A stretch of DNA of 64,000 nucleotides from Eledone cirrhosa (GCA_964016885.1 OZ024757.1:40982001-41046000); one strand, 5' to 3'. Positions 1-16,361 are shown, counted from the stretch's first letter. Made by a program: numbers and translations. Notes: generated by a model from the sequence alone, not told the origin.

Positions 1-187
1 AACCAGTAAGACCCCGACAGCTGAGTTCAAGCCGTTTCGACGGCTAATTCTCAGAATTAGCCGTCGAAACGGCTTGAGCTCAGCTGTCGGGGTCTTACTG
101 GTTCCTATTACCCACTCTACTACCTCAAGTATTGAGTACTTTGGTGCGTTATGGTCCACCTGGTTCCTTACCACATTTCCTTCGTTA
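1..187 (+). mobile_element. Fold-back mini-element, family A (probable PLE terminus derivative; half-hammerhead)
   Basis: 1-103 is a near-perfect inverted repeat with ~50-bp arms. The right arm reads GAAAC-GGCTTGAGCTCAGCT-GTC-GGGGTC (HHR 3' half), followed by a unique tail ending TTCGTTA|(TA)n. Related copies at 719 and 31592. Confidence 0.7.
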
Positions 188-328
188 TATATATATATAT
201 ATATGTATTTAAATATATATATATACATACATAATATATGTACACATATATTATGTATGTATATATATATATATTTATATATATATGTACATATATTATG
301 TATGTATATAGATATATATATTATATAG

Positions 329-388
<60 letters not shown>

Positions 389-425
389 TATATTATATTA
401 TGTATGTATATAGATAGATATATTA

Positions 426-530
<105 letters not shown>

Positions 531-534
531 CAGT

Positions 535-700
535 AAACTCAGCTGAAAATGAGTACCAGCAAAAGCTGGAGGTTTAACCCTGCGGAGGACTGGCGTCCTG
601 TCCTGGTGGAAATCTTGTACTCTCAGTCGCTTCACGCCATGAAACCGTGATAAGCACCGGCCAAATGGGCCTTGTCACTTGAGACACACTTTAGACTTTA
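535..700 (+). mobile_element. SINE family 2 fragment (3' part)
   Basis: CCCTGCG..GGACTGGCGTCCTGTCC..TCTTGTACTCTCAGTCGCTTCACGCCA.GAAACCG..ATAAGCACCGGCC recurs at 12890-13345 and, inverted, at 26945-27190. Confidence 0.75.
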
Positions 701-718
701 TATATATATATATATATA

Positions 719-909
719 GGGAAAGAGTCAGGACCCCGACGACTGAGCTCTGGCCGTTTCGACAGCTAGTTCTTATCTAGCTGTCGAAACGTCCGGAGCT
801 CAGCTGTCGGGGTCCTGACTCGTTCCCTATTACCCACTCTACAACCCATATTATCGATTACTCTAGTCCGTTATGGTGCACCTGGTTCCTTACCACACTT
901 TCTTCGTTA
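719..909 (+). mobile_element. Fold-back mini-element, family A copy 2
   Basis: Palindrome 719-828 centred on GACAGCTAG-ttcttat-CTAGCTGTC. Same tail as copy 1; flanked by (TA)n on both sides. Confidence 0.7.
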
Positions 910-914
910 TATAC

Positions 915-956
<42 letters not shown>

Positions 957-1578
957 GTATGTGTGTGTGTACATATATTCAGAGGGAGCGGTGAGATAAA
1001 AGAAAAGAGAAAGTGGTATATTGATATACCTATATGTACCTGTGTACAGATATTTAGATGGAAATGGTAGATGATCCGATAGAAAGATAGATTTACAGTT
1101 ACATAGCTAGTTACACGATTACAACATAGCTGCAGTTTCGTTTTTCGTTTTTCGTTTCGTTTTCATGTTTTTGCAAATCGAAAACCAAACTAAAATATAA
1201 TATCAATTTTCACATACGTGAAGTCGAAATATTAAAGAAATATTCTGTTCCATTTCTGGAGTTAAATATTCAGCAATGATCGAATAAATAGAAAATGGTT
1301 TGCTCCTTTTCTCGTTTGCTTCCACGCTACTTGTGTTTAGCTTTCGACAGGAAAACAAACAAAAATGAAATTTGAAGATTATTTATTGATCTCAAACGCA
1401 GCTGCAGGCTTGAAGCAGACGATATTCTAATATTCTAAGATGGTGGAATGCATGTGTAATATATGTGAAAATATAACAGGAAATACTTTAGACGGCGCTA
1501 TTAAAATATTGCGTTTGTGCACCATCTTTTTACTAAGTAGCAACACACATATGTATACATACATACGTATATATATAT

Positions 1579-1687
<109 letters not shown>

Positions 1688-1834
1688 TATATATAAATCG
1701 AAACCTATGTACTAACACACATACAGACATATATGTTATACAAATATCTATCTATCTCTCTCTATATATATATATTCTGTGTCTGTGTGTGTCTGTGTGT
1801 GTCTGTATGTGTATGTGTATGTGTGTGTGTGTGT

Positions 1835-1964
<130 letters not shown>

Positions 1965-2058
1965 GTTTATAAGTGTGTGTACTGTAGTCAAAATATTTAT
2001 AAATACTTTTCATCAGTAAAAAGTGAAACGCCGAATTAAATAATCACTATACAGTATA

Positions 2059-2161
<103 letters not shown>

Positions 2162-2367
2162 ATATATATATATATGTATATATGTATATATATGTATATA
2201 TATATATATATGTACATATATATATAAATATATATAGATGCGAGAAAAACCACAAACCCTCCATCTCAATTCTACTTTTGAAAAGCACAAGAACTGCGAA
2301 ACTGATAAAGGAGCCAAATAAATATGCTTAAAAAGACTCCAGTGGCATTTTCGATTTCATTTTTTTT

Positions 2368-2405
<38 letters not shown>

Positions 2406-2420
2406 GGTAAGTCATAATAA

Positions 2421-2603
2421 TAATTGTTTCTACTTTTGGCACAAGGCCACCAATTACCCAGTACATTACTGGTACTTTATTTTATCGACCCCGTAAGGAT
2501 GAAAGGCAAAGCCAACCTCGGCGGGATTTGAACTCAGATCGTAAAGGGACGTAACTATGCTGGAAAGCATGGCGTCCGACCCTCTACCGATACTGCCAAT
2601 CCA
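2421..2603 (-). mobile_element. tRNA-derived SINE with Nin/Deu-like core (family 1)
   Basis: Minus strand has a B-box-like GAGTTCAAATCCC, core TTTGCCTTTCATCCTTACGGGGTCGATAAAATAAAGTACCAGT and tail GGCCTTGTGCCAAAAGTAGAAAC. About 10 copies or fragments in the window. Confidence 0.85.
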
Positions 2604-2744
2604 TTTCTGATTTAGTTTCCAGGCCAGCAATTTTTGGAGAGGAAGGAGAGGGGATAGTCGATTACATTGACCCCAGTATTTCGCTGGTACTTTATATCTT
2701 TCAGCCCATAAATGGATACCTTATCAACTACATTAACCATACAG

Positions 2745-2802
2745 CTGTTACAACAACAACAACTACAACGTCATATTCTACGATATTAACCAAATAACTG
2801 CT

Positions 2803-2833
<31 letters not shown>

Positions 2834-2957
2834 CGTCAAATTCTACAAATATTAACCAAATATATGTAACAACAACAACTATTTCAAAATGAATACAGAC
2901 AACAACAACTACCTTAATAACATCAACAACAATAACAATATCAACTACTTCTACTAC

Positions 2958-3009
<52 letters not shown>

Positions 3010-3132
3010 GATGCTGCTACTACTACGACTACTACTACTACCTTAATAACAAAAGACAACAACCTTAACAACAACAATAACTACTACTACTACCTTAACA
3101 ATAAAATAACAACATTAACAACAACAACAACA

Positions 3133-3169
<37 letters not shown>

Positions 3170-3474
3170 TCTTAGCAACAAAAACAACAACCTTAACAAC
3201 ATCTCTATGAACACTAATTACTACAATATCAACAAAAATAAAATAAAATGAAAAAAAAAGTAAAACATGTTTCGACGTAACTAAAATGTTTTGTGTAATC
3301 TTCGCCTCAGGCCATCTTTACCACTCAACCATAACGATTTCTGAAAAATTGACAAACATGTAGTTCTTCGTCCCTTGTATTCAGAAATGTCTTTCATTAA
3401 TTATTTTCTTTTCTTTTCCTGATTGTAATTAAGCATCAATCATCCACAGATGAAGTAATATCGAGGATCAAGTA

Positions 3475-3505
<31 letters not shown>

Positions 3506-3508
3506 AAG

Positions 3509-3562
<54 letters not shown>

Positions 3563-4150
3563 AGCCACACCAAGAAGAAAAAGAAGAAGAAGAAGAACAA
3601 CAACAACAACAACAACAACAGCAACAACAACAATAGCCACAACAAGAAGAAGAAGAAGATGAAGAATTATAAACCCCACTACCTTGCATAAATGAAAATG
3701 AAAAAAAAAAAGCAAAAGCAAAAACAATTTTAAAAGATTACAAAAACAATAACGAAGAAAAGGAATAAAAAAAATAATAAACGAAAGAAAGAAGAAGAAA
3801 AAATTATAATTTTTTATTTAAATGAAATTCAAAGTAAAGGCGAATATTAAATGAAATTTTTTTACAATATCTTTTTCAAATGTCTAATTGGGTTTAATGG
3901 CAGAAAAAATAAATAAAATCGCTTGGCTGGTATTTAAGAAAGAAAAACATAACTAGAATAATAAGAAACAATAGCAACAGTGACAACAACAACAATAGGA
4001 CCAGTGACAACAACAATAGCAACAGTGACAACAACAACAACAACAACAGCATTAGCAGCAACAACAACAGCAACAACAACAACAACAGTAACAATAGCTG
4101 TAGCAACAAGAGTGACAACAACAACAACAACAACAACAGCAGCAGCAGCA
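2745..4150. repeat. Cluster of trinucleotide microsatellites (CAA, CTA, GAA)
   Basis: Directly visible tracts at ~2745-3200, 3476-3667 and 3970-4150. Confidence 0.9.
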
Positions 4151-4536
4151 ATTGGAAACTAAAATTTGAAATGAATCAAAAACGAAATTTTCGGATAGCA
4201 ACAAAATTAGAACGTACGAGTGTATTTTTAAATAGTTTTTTTCTTTATTTTGTGGGTTTCGTAGTTGTTTTTCTTTGATAAGAAGTTCGTACTACTCAAG
4301 ATTGCAAATGTTGTTCAAATTATTACAAATTTTCAAAAATAAATTAATTAAAACAAAATTTATATTTTGTGGTAAAAATTATAATACTCTTTTATTTTTT
4401 TGTGCGGAACGGTTTCGTTTTAAACTTCTTCCATTTTAAAGTTTTTGGTCGTTTTAAGGTGGTTATTGTTGTTTCAGTTTCTGTGTTGGTATTAGAAAGA
4501 AAGGTCACATTTTAATACTCTACCCCCTTACATATT

Positions 4537-4850
4537 TAGGATACCCTAAGAAATTTGGGACACAATAGGAGTTGTGAGACATCCCAAGAAATTTGGAATA
4601 TCCGTGGACATTCGGTACATCCTAGAGACAGCCTAGGATATCTATAACGCTCTGGGGGATATTTAGGATACTCTGGTGTCATCCTGGGACACCTTGTGGA
4701 CATTTGAGACGGCCTAGGATATTTATAACACCCCGGGGACATTTGGCATACTCTGGTGTCATTCTGGGGCACCCTGTGAACATTTAAAGTAGCCTAGTAT
4801 ATTTAGGACACCCTGGGGACATTCGGGAAACTCTGGAACATTCCGGACAG
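4537..4850. repeat. Degenerate GC-richer minisatellite (GGACA(T/C)..-type units)
   Basis: Recurrent ggacattt/ggacacc/ggatatt words, and two ~80-bp higher-order copies containing ATACTCTGGTGTCAT. Confidence 0.65.
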
Positions 4851-4969
4851 GGGTGGGATGTGTTTGATAACAGAGGTGGGTGCAGGGCATACGCGACCCC
4901 ATCACCCACACACGTTAAATACAGCCCTAAATCTTGGTGTTAAGAAACGACGATGACTGTAACTATAAA

Positions 4970-5648
4970 TACACTACACTACACTAACCTACACTACACT
5001 ACACTACACTACACTACACTACACTACACTACACTAAACTACACTACACTACACTACACTACACTAAACTACACTACACTAACCTACACTACACTACACT
5101 ACACTAAACTACACTACACTACACTAACCTACACTACACTAAACTACACTACACTGCACTACACTACACTACACTACACTAAACTAACCTACACTACACT
5201 ACACTACACTACACTGCACTACACTAAACTACACTACACTACACTACACTACACTGCACTACACTAAACTAACCTACACTACACTAAACTACACTACACT
5301 ACACTAAACTATACTACACTACACTAACCTACACTACACTAAACTACACTACACTACACTAAACTACACTAAACTACACTACACTACACTAAACTACACT
5401 ACACTACACTAAACTACACTGCACTACACTAAACTAACCTACACTACACTAAACTACACTACACTACACTAAACTACACTACACTACACTACACTAACCT
5501 ACACTACACTAAACTACACTACACTACACTAAACTACACTAAACTACACTACACTACACTACACTACACTACACTAAACTACACTACACTACACTAAACT
5601 ACACTACACTACACTACACTACACTACACTAACCTACACTACACTACA
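4970..5648. repeat. (ACACT)n pentanucleotide array with AAACT/AACCT variants
   Basis: Directly visible. Confidence 0.97.
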
Positions 5649-6274
5649 TTAAGCAACACTGTACTACAATAAAAGACTGGAAAGTACACGACAGAACCTT
5701 CGTCATTAACAAAAACAAACATTTTTTAGTGAAGAATATATATATATATACATACACAGTAAATATAAACAAATAATTACACAAAACAAACACAAAACAT
5801 AAAAAATTAGATAATTAAACATAAATAAATATCGTTTAATAAAAAATAAGATACAAAGACGAAGAAAAAATATTGTATGTTTGCCAACTTATTAAATGAT
5901 TGTTTCTAGAAACAAAATAACGAAGAAAACTAAAAGTCGAAACAATACGTGAACGAAATACACTACAGGGTTGATAGAAAACTAACTTAGGCAGACATAA
6001 AATGATAGTTTGTTAAAATATCTTTCATTAAATTACTATAAAGTTCGTCCATTTTGTTTTTAATATTTTGTGTCTTCTATATTTTATTATGCGTTTGTTG
6101 TTGTTGTTAGTGGCGATGGTGGTGGTGGTGGTGGTTTTGTTGTTGTTTCTTTTTATAATGGCAAACAGCGAGATGTAAAATGACGGAGACATATTCATTT
6201 AATATCTGATACGAATATATATACACTTATATATATTTAAATATATATATGTATATATATATACTTATATATAC

Positions 6275-6317
<43 letters not shown>

Positions 6318-6406
6318 CATATGAACTTATATATATATATACATATATATTTATACATTTATATATATATACATACATATATATATATATACGTATAAAT
6401 ATATAC

Positions 6407-6597
<191 letters not shown>

Positions 6598-6724
6598 TGT
6601 GTGTATGTGTGAGTGTGGGGGGATAGAGTGCATGTACTTATATATAGACTGATTGGCTGATTGAAAATAAATATATATATATATACAGATACATATACAT
6701 ATAAATATGCATATACATATACAT

Positions 6725-6769
<45 letters not shown>

Positions 6770-7116
6770 TACATATATACATACATCTATTCGGTCTGCC
6801 CACCACTTCACCAATCATCATCACCATCATCACCATCATCATCATCATCATCAATAAGAACATCATCAAATCTCCTTTATTAACTCTAATTAATTATATA
6901 TTTTATATATTCTCTCTTGATGGACAAAACTTAATTATCCATTTATGTTATTTTCCCATTAGTTTACTCTTTAACGCTGTCTTCTGTTTTCTATATATGT
7001 ATATATATATATATATACATATACACACTTATATATATGTGTGTATATATATATACATGTATATATGAGTTTGTGTGTATGTGTTTATATATCTACTGTG
7101 TCTTTCTGCCCTGTGT

Positions 7117-7225
<109 letters not shown>

Positions 7226-7513
7226 CATATATATGTATATATCTATATATAAATATGTATATATAATTATATACCTATATTTAAATATATATATATAATA
7301 TGTTATTTCCGTTTACCTTTTACATACATATATATATATATGTATGTGTATATATAGATATATATATAACATATATGTATATAACATATATATATATATA
7401 TATAACATATATATATATGTATATATATATATGTATATATATATATGTATATATATATATGTATATATATATATATGTATATATATGTATATATATATAT
7501 GTATATATATATG

Positions 7514-7545
<32 letters not shown>

Positions 7546-7550
7546 TGTTT

Positions 7551-7598
<48 letters not shown>

Positions 7599-7644
7599 GA
7601 TAACACAAGATACAAAGAGACAGTATATATATATATATATATAA

Positions 7645-7738
<94 letters not shown>

Positions 7739-8078
7739 TGCATTATTGTGTCGATGGAGATGATGGTGGAAACTAACTAGGTGAACGTTGGAGTTAGCCT
7801 TGACGAGAGAACTGATAATTTATCATATAGATTGGGTCGTGTAAGATGATGATGATGATGAGGATGATGATGATGGTGATGATGATGGTGATTGTGATGA
7901 TGATGATGATGATGGTGATGATGTTTATGTCTTTAATAATTGTTTCCATTATTTGTTAAATGGACAAAATCTCAACACAATGTATCATTTGAAATAGAAA
8001 AATGATTTCAAAGAGACGAAGAAGTTTTAGATTTGTATAAGAAGCAATTAAATGCACATAGACTCTCGAAAAATATAA

Positions 8079-8158
<80 letters not shown>

Positions 8159-8425
8159 ATATATATATATTTATTTATGTGTGTGTGTCTCTATTCAACG
8201 TACACATGGTAATATATATATATCACAGTTTGAGTATATATATACATATATATATATGTGTGTGTGTGTGTGTATGTGTATATATATATATGTATGTATG
8301 CGTGTATTTGTGTGTGTATGATTATAGTGGAGTATTCTGCAATTATTTTCGTTAAGGTAGAACTTCAAGAATTGTTTTTAAGAGGTTAACTTTGGTCTTT
8401 TGTAATTTTGAATATCTATATATAA

Positions 8426-8463
<38 letters not shown>

Positions 8464-8914
8464 ATTCATAATATATGACAATATATATATATATATTCAA
8501 AATATATGACAATATATATATTCAAAGTATATCACAATTATATATATATCAATATGGTTTAATGTATTGGCAGTTCGACACAATATAATCGACAAAATAT
8601 GCACAGGTCTTTAGATAAAAATGTTCTGCTTTTGATACAATCAAATACTTCCCAGTTCCCTTCAAAGTTTTGCTCCAGCTTGGCACCAATGTCTGGAATG
8701 ATGCCAGCAACAAAAAAATCTCCTATCACTTTTGACGAGACTTCTATAAAATAAAGATGACTGCTTCAGCTTTTAAAGGACGGGTTAAACTATTGATAAT
8801 TTTTGTACCAAATGTCTTTGTAGATTATATTTGAAAGGAAAATATGAGGAGGAAAAATGTTGTAATGCTACACGGTGTAAATGGTACTTCAAAAAATGGT
8901 ATATATATAAATAT

Positions 8915-8927
8915 ATATATAAGTAAA

Positions 8928-8991
<64 letters not shown>

Positions 8992-9345
8992 TACTTATAT
9001 ATATATAAGTAAAAGGTATATGTATATATATATATAAGTAAAAGGTATATGTATATATATATATAAGTAAAAGGTATATGTATATATATCTATATCTATA
9101 TATCTATATATATATATAAGTAAAAGGTATGTATATATATATATATATATATATAAGTAAAAGGTATATGTATATATATATATATATATAAGTAAAAGGT
9201 ATATATATATATATATATATATAAGTAAAAGGTATATGTATATATATATATATATATAAGTAAAAGGTATATGTATATATATATATATATAAGTAAAAGG
9301 TATATATATATATATATATATATAAGTAAAAGGTATATGTATATA
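8915..9345. repeat. Minisatellite AAGTAAAAGGTATA + variable (TA)n
   Basis: About 11 copies; one inverted copy (TACCTTTTACTT) at ~8985. Confidence 0.9.
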
Positions 9346-9595
9346 CTTATAAGACATTTGTGCCATCAAATATGACAGTTTTCTACTTCTCAAATGAAGG
9401 GTTTAACAGAAGTTATAAAAAGATTAGTTCATATGTACTTGAAATAGATGAAAATGAATTGCAAATGGATGCTGAAATGTATAATGTGTTTAACTGGATA
9501 GTTGTCTGTCTCTCTGTCTTTCTCCTCTTTTTATCTATCGATGTTTTTGAAGTGTATCTTAGTGGACTTCATCTAAACACACACACACACACACA

Positions 9596-9634
<39 letters not shown>

Positions 9635-9793
9635 TATATATATTACCAATTTCATTTCGTTCATAGATTTTGGAACGAAACATTTAACATTCTGTTTTTT
9701 ACTATGTATGTCTGTATGAATATGTTTATGTTTACATGTGTATATACCTATGTGTATATACATATATATACATATATATATATATACATATAT

Positions 9794-9925
<132 letters not shown>

Positions 9926-9956
9926 ATCAAAAGATGGTTAAATGAGTTCCATGTAC

Positions 9957-10021
9957 TTTATTATGCGCATTTCAAAAATAAATATCATCATGCAATAACA
10001 TTTGTGTTTTCATCAGATAAA
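9957..10021 (-). ncRNA. Type I hammerhead ribozyme
   Basis: Minus strand: UUUAU-CUGAUGA-[stem II hairpin]-GAAA-UGCGCA-UA|-AUAAA, with palindromic stem III AUGCGCAU. Lies inside a ~9920-10173 island with 17-bp inverted repeats (TATAAGATCAAAAGATG). Confidence 0.75.
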
Positions 10022-10845
10022 ATGAAGGTTAAAAACACTTGTGGATAGTGCAGTTTTAAATCAACATCTTTTGATCTTATATATTATGTATACTCCAGTC
10101 CTACAAACTGTAGAGTGCTTCTTATCCGATATCTGCATTGCTTTATTGTACTACAATAAAACTCACCTCCTACATATATATATATATAAGTTGTAATAAA
10201 ATGAAAACGAAATTTCATTTCTCACTCTTAGTACGGCACTTACTTAAATGTAAGTATGTATGTATACGTACATACATATATGTATACAGACATACAGTAG
10301 CATGCATATATATATACACATATATACATACAGGTACACATGCATATATATATAGACATGTGCGTTTGTTTCTAACGATGCAATGACGTTGGAAGCAAAA
10401 CGGACTTACGTCATTAATATATAGAAATAAACATGTGCTCATATATATATGTATATATATGTACATATATAAATATATATATATAGAGAGAGAGATATGT
10501 ACATATATATATATATATATATATAGGTGTGTGTGTGTCTGCAGAATGTGTACGATAAACACAATATAATACAATATAATGAGGAAATATATATACTACA
10601 TATTCTACTGTACCTCCATTACTAGCCTCATCTTTATATCTACACCGGAATTACAGACACAATATCATCACGATTAATTTGTTTATCTTTGTCTCTGTGT
10701 ATATCTGTGTCTGTGAATGTGTGTGTGTGTCTGTGTGTGTGTGTCTGTGTCTGTGTGTCTGTGTGTGTGTGTGTGTGCGTGTCTGTCTCTCGTTTGTCTC
10801 TGTCTCTGTGTCTCGTTGTGTATGTGAGTGTGTATGTGTCTGTTA

Positions 10846-10878
<33 letters not shown>

Positions 10879-10994
10879 TCCCCTCTCTTTCTCCCATTCT
10901 CCTCTCCTCACCTTTCTCTCTAGACCTTAACGTGGAGAAATTATCCCTCAATAATTTGAATTAGACATGCACGACACAACTTTTTAGCTTTGAT

Positions 10995-11420
10995 TTTGAA
11001 AGTAGATTTATAATTATCAATTTTTATTATACTTTTGTCGATATCTTAGTGGCCGAGTGCGAGGAATCATAGACGGTGGTGATCCTGGTCTGAAATTCGA
11101 TCCTGGTCGGGAGTAGGGTTCCCGGTAAACTATTTCAATTTTTTCTATTGATTTAAAATAAAAACTGGCAAAGATTATATGTACCCCCGACCAGGGTCTC
11201 CACCGTCTCTAGTACTTACCAGAAGGCTACTGAGACAACTACGAAAATCTAATGAAAATTCATACTTATCAACCTACTTTTAAAATTTTCAATACAAAAT
11301 CATGTGGTGTCTTTCTAAATGTTTGGGGGGTTCCATAAACTAAATCCTCGTTTTGTTTCTCATCTATCTAGACTATATTTTAACCTGTAATCCATGTTTC
11401 ATTTCTGATGCACCTCATTT
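10995..11420 (+). mobile_element. Palindromic element with two opposing tRNA-like halves (family P)
   Basis: Homologous to 36321-36958, 35594-36072 (inverted) and 57318-57750. Core bounded by TTGAAAGTAG.TTTATAA...TTAT.AACCTACTTT. Confidence 0.7.
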
Positions 11421-11855
11421 CACCCCCTCCTCTCTCTATATATATATATCTTTCTCTCTCTATCTATTTGTCTATCTATCTCTGTCTGTCTGTTATTGTG
11501 CCTAGAAGGATTAAAGGTAATTAGAACTTCAGGTGATTTCAACTAAGAATATAATTTAACTAATGCCATAACATTAACACAGACAATCATTATCCCTCCC
11601 CTCCGCTCCTCTCCTCTCCTCTCCTCCCCTCTCTCCTCCTCTACTCCCCCATCATCGTACCTAAATAAAAACATTACGAAGAAGAGATAATTATAATATC
11701 AATCACACTGGTGTTGACATTAATAAAATAGACCATGACGTTTTTCGATGATGAAATATTTACTTAATATGAAATAAAAATTCTTTCAAAAAATTAGATT
11801 CTTGTAATGTATAGTTTTAGTAAAATACTTTCTTGCAAAAATTAAGCAAAAACAT

Positions 11856-11975
<120 letters not shown>

Positions 11976-11983
11976 TATATAAT

Positions 11984-12082
<99 letters not shown>

Positions 12083-12085
12083 ATA

Positions 12086-12263
<178 letters not shown>

Positions 12264-12889
12264 GCGTGTGTGTGTGTATGTATGTATCTATGTATATATA
12301 CATACATATATGCATATATAATAATTATAATGATAATAAAGAAAAGAAGTGTTTATGTCTTTGATTTATTTAATCAATCAATTTTTATGGCTGAAAGTTT
12401 TATAGGTTTGAATTTAGAAATAATCTATTTATGTTTCACTAATAATTTCTACTCATGCAATGTAAAGGTTGACTTTTTTATTTTTTACTTGTTGAAACAC
12501 TGTTGCTGTTCTGTTTGTGATGTTGTTGTTGTTGCTGTCCTTATCTAGAATATTTACGGTTACAAGCAACTGTAGAAATGGCAACCACATATTTAGAGGC
12601 TGTATCACCAGGTTCTGTTTTTTTTAAGATGGCAGGGAGTAATTTGAAATGGGAATTTTTTCGTGTTTCTTTTCTGGTAAGTGATGAAATATTGGCTTAT
12701 GTTTTAGCGTAAATATATGTTCAATTATTCGCATAGGTCCCTTTCGAGACCTCAGGTTAATGGGACACCGTGCTGCCGAGTTCTTCCTTTGACTAAATAA
12801 TATAGTATTGTAATATCTGTCACAAACCGCCACTGAAACCTAGGTTAGCTACGACCTGCTGAGCTGCCGAGTTCGAGACAGACTTTAGT

Positions 12890-13345
12890 ACTGCGAAGGA
12901 CTGGCGTCCTGTCCAGAGTGGAGTCGTGTACTCTCAGTCGCTTCACGCCAAGGAAACTGAGATAAGCACCGGCCGAATGAGCCTCTGTGTTGAGACTGAC
13001 TTTAAGTTAACATTATATATATACTCTATATAAACCTCTGATTGAGTGGTGTCCTATCCAGGGGGAAATAATCTTGTACTCTCTGTCGCTTCATGCTACG
13101 TAAAACCGAGATAAGCTCCGGTCTGATGAGACAGACTTTGGCCCTGCTATAGACTAACATCGTGTCCAGGCTGGAGTCTTGTACTCTCAGTCGCTTGACG
13201 CCAAGGAAACCGATATAAGCTCCGGTCTCATGTGATAGACCTTATCCCTGCGATAGACTAGCACCGTGTCCAGGCTGGAGTCTTGTACTCTCAGTCACTT
13301 GACGATAAACGCCGGCCTAATGAGTATTCGGCCTCGAGACAGACT
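12890..13345 (+). mobile_element. Tandem array of ~4 SINE family 2 3' modules
   Basis: Repeats of TCTTGTACTCTC.GTC.CTT..GATAAGC.CCGG..GA(C/T)AGAC.TT. Confidence 0.75.
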
Positions 13346-13994
13346 TTCAATTTTTTATTATATATATAGTTGTGTGATAACTCTTAGTGAAGGTCACAAC
13401 TTGGACAGCTGTGTTAATGGAGTGGTTCTGGGTTACACTTGTTTAATGGAATACAGTAAATAAACAGATAACAATTAAATAAAACACATAAATAAACAAA
13501 TAAATATATAAATAAATAAATAAAGTGTGTGTCTGTTGCAAGAATCAGGTATGTTACTGATCGATATTGGTAAATCGAGCATCTTAATTAATATAACAAT
13601 TGTTCGGTGAAGTTGAAACATTCTTAAATGCCAAACTGAAGAAATTTAGTGTTGTTCTTATTGTGGATTAATTTAAACTATAGCGTTGTATTAGTTGATG
13701 TGTGATATTCCATAAGGGTAAGAAGAGGTATTTGACGGTACCAATAACTGTATGTAATAAATAAGCTACTAATTACTCTTGTGTCTGACATGGGAGTAAT
13801 TAGTTAAAATTTATTAAATACTTGCAGGTCATTATAGTCAACTCACACTAATTAGTTATTGAACTATCATGTAGCTGGCTTGTATAGTTATGTGCTTTGA
13901 GCTATACAACCACGTGGTTGCGGCTGCGGGCTTACACCATGTTACACCGTAGGTAAGTGTCTTCGATTATAGTAGCCTATAGCGAGTTCTGATT

Positions 13995-14142
13995 TAGACA
14001 CAAGGCCAAATCTTTTATAGGTATAGGAAAATGGATTAAATCAACCCCAGTGCGCTACTGGTACTTTAGTTTATCGACGACGTAAGGATGAAAGGCAACG
14101 CTAACCTTGGCGGGATTTGAACCCAGATCGTAAAGGGACGTC
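13995..14142 (-). mobile_element. SINE family 1 copy
   Basis: Same core as 2421-2603. Confidence 0.8.
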
Positions 14143-14397
14143 TCTAAATAATAATGATAAATTTCTGAGTTAGTCAAAGACCAACAATTTTAGGATCTAT
14201 GATTCATGACTATAGTTGTTAACATTATAAAATATACCAACATAGACAACACATATTCTAATGTCGGTGAAACGATTAATACACTAAGTAGGTGAAAAAA
14301 GTAATGTTTAACACTTTCGAAAATATTTATTTCAAGAAAATATCCAACTAAAATTAAATATGAGACGAAAGATAAACGATATTATTTGATGAGATAA

Positions 14398-14438
14398 CTC
14401 CGGACATGTTTCAGCTTGATTAAGCATCGTCAGCGGAA
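14398..14438 (-). ncRNA. Minimal type I hammerhead ribozyme
   Basis: Minus strand: UUCCG-CUGACGA-uGCUUaaucAAGCu-GAAAC-AU-GUC|-CGGAG, with palindromic stem III ACAUGU. Confidence 0.8.
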
Positions 14439-14754
14439 ATGAAGTCTGGCTATGTAACTGACTGCAGATATTATGAACGGATATGGAAATAATTACCCAG
14501 AAATATATATATATATATTTATCGGTGATGAAGAAAAATATATAAAATAGGTGAATTATTTAAAAACAATCAAAATAAACAACTGAAGCCTTCCGTATGA
14601 TGTATGATTCTTAAGTAGCTTTCTATAAAGCCTATTTTATGCATACATGCACACACATGCATATATAGATATATATAGAGAGAGAGACATATAGACATAG
14701 ATGTATATGTATATATATGTATATATTTACGTACATCTATTTGTCTATTACTCA

Positions 14755-14798
<44 letters not shown>

Positions 14799-14810
14799 GT
14801 GAGGTATGTA

Positions 14811-14862
<52 letters not shown>

Positions 14863-15063
14863 TATGTATACATATATATAGACACGCACATAAATTGGTC
14901 TATTTTTCAGTGTGTAAATATATATACATATATACAGTATATGCTTGTGTGTGTCAGTGTATTTATGTATGAGTGTAAATGTGAATGTGCTTGTGTGCTT
15001 TGTGGCTGTATACGTGTGTCTATGTGTGACTATGGGTATGTATCTGTGTATCTGTATATATAC

Positions 15064-15117
<54 letters not shown>

Positions 15118-15338
15118 ATGTGTGAGTAACATTACTGGCGACCTAATCCCATCAAAATGTATCAGCTCGTTAGTTAATAACTGAACATTGATATTTTCAT
15201 GTTAAATATGAAATAAAATTCTGACAGATTTGTCAAAAATATGTAAGTTGATACTAGACGTAAGCAATTATTGTGAAAAAAAACCCTGCTTGTAATTGAC
15301 ATATATGTATATATATTATATATATCTGTATATATATG

Positions 15339-15476
<138 letters not shown>

Positions 15477-15482
15477 CATATA

Positions 15483-15573
<91 letters not shown>

Positions 15574-15947
15574 TGAGAGAGAGAGAGAGAGAGAAATGTA
15601 GATAAATATAAATATATATATATATAAATATATATATTTATGTAGATAAATATATATATGCTACATAAATATGTATAAAAATATATATGTGTGTGTATGT
15701 ATGTTTGTGTGTGTGCCGTGTGTTCATATGTACATGTACATATGAACGTTAAATTAAAAGAGTTTCATGTAAATTCTTTCAAATCCACACTATTTATGAT
15801 GTAGACATATTGGAAGTAAATTGATGTGTGGGGGGGGGGGTGAGGGGGGGGGTCGGGTCTATAGCATTAATATAGATCCATCTGTCAATCTGTCATAAAT
15901 ATGTTTTCAATATATATATATTCAGATTTTGATATTACTACAACAGA

Positions 15948-16032
15948 GGTCTGGCGAGATTTTGATTCCAGGGTCGGGCCAGATCGATACAGATCGAACC
16001 TTGAACTGATCAATACCGAAACGCGCGTCACC
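15948..16032 (+). ncRNA. Degenerate hammerhead with long stem II insert (family D)
   Basis: GGU-CUGGCGA-[~60 nt]-GAAAC-GCGC-GUC|-ACC, then AAUAAA. The homologue at 22028-22115 has CCGACGA, so the consensus is CUGACGA. Confidence 0.6.
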
Positions 16033-16071
16033 AATCAATAAACGTAATGAAGTCTTAACAAATCGTCCTTG

Positions 16072-16124
<53 letters not shown>

Positions 16125-16129
<5 letters not shown>

Positions 16130-16212
16130 ATACTTTGGGAGGGTCATGTTGCCAATATCGGTTTCAACACACGATTTCAGATAAAGAATCTTGCTAAACA
16201 AATTCAGAAACG

Positions 16213-16216
<4 letters not shown>
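16125..16216 (-). mobile_element. Solo PLE 3' terminus (family E)
   Basis: Minus strand ends ATTGGCAACATGACCCTCCCAAAGTATAACAA|(TA)n, the same terminus as the RT-encoding element at 37529. Confidence 0.75.
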
Positions 16217-16252
<36 letters not shown>

Positions 16253-16254
<2 letters not shown>

Positions 16255-16361
16255 GTTATTCCGGGTTGAATCGGAGTAACCACAGTAAATAAAGTACTCA
16301 ATACATTGCAGAGTATAAAAGTTTTAATATAGATGAGATTCTAGAATCTCATCTATATTAA

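Noticed and set aside
8915-9345. Repeat-spacer pattern resembling CRISPR
   Set aside because: Spacers are only (TA)n; eukaryotic context; no cas genes.
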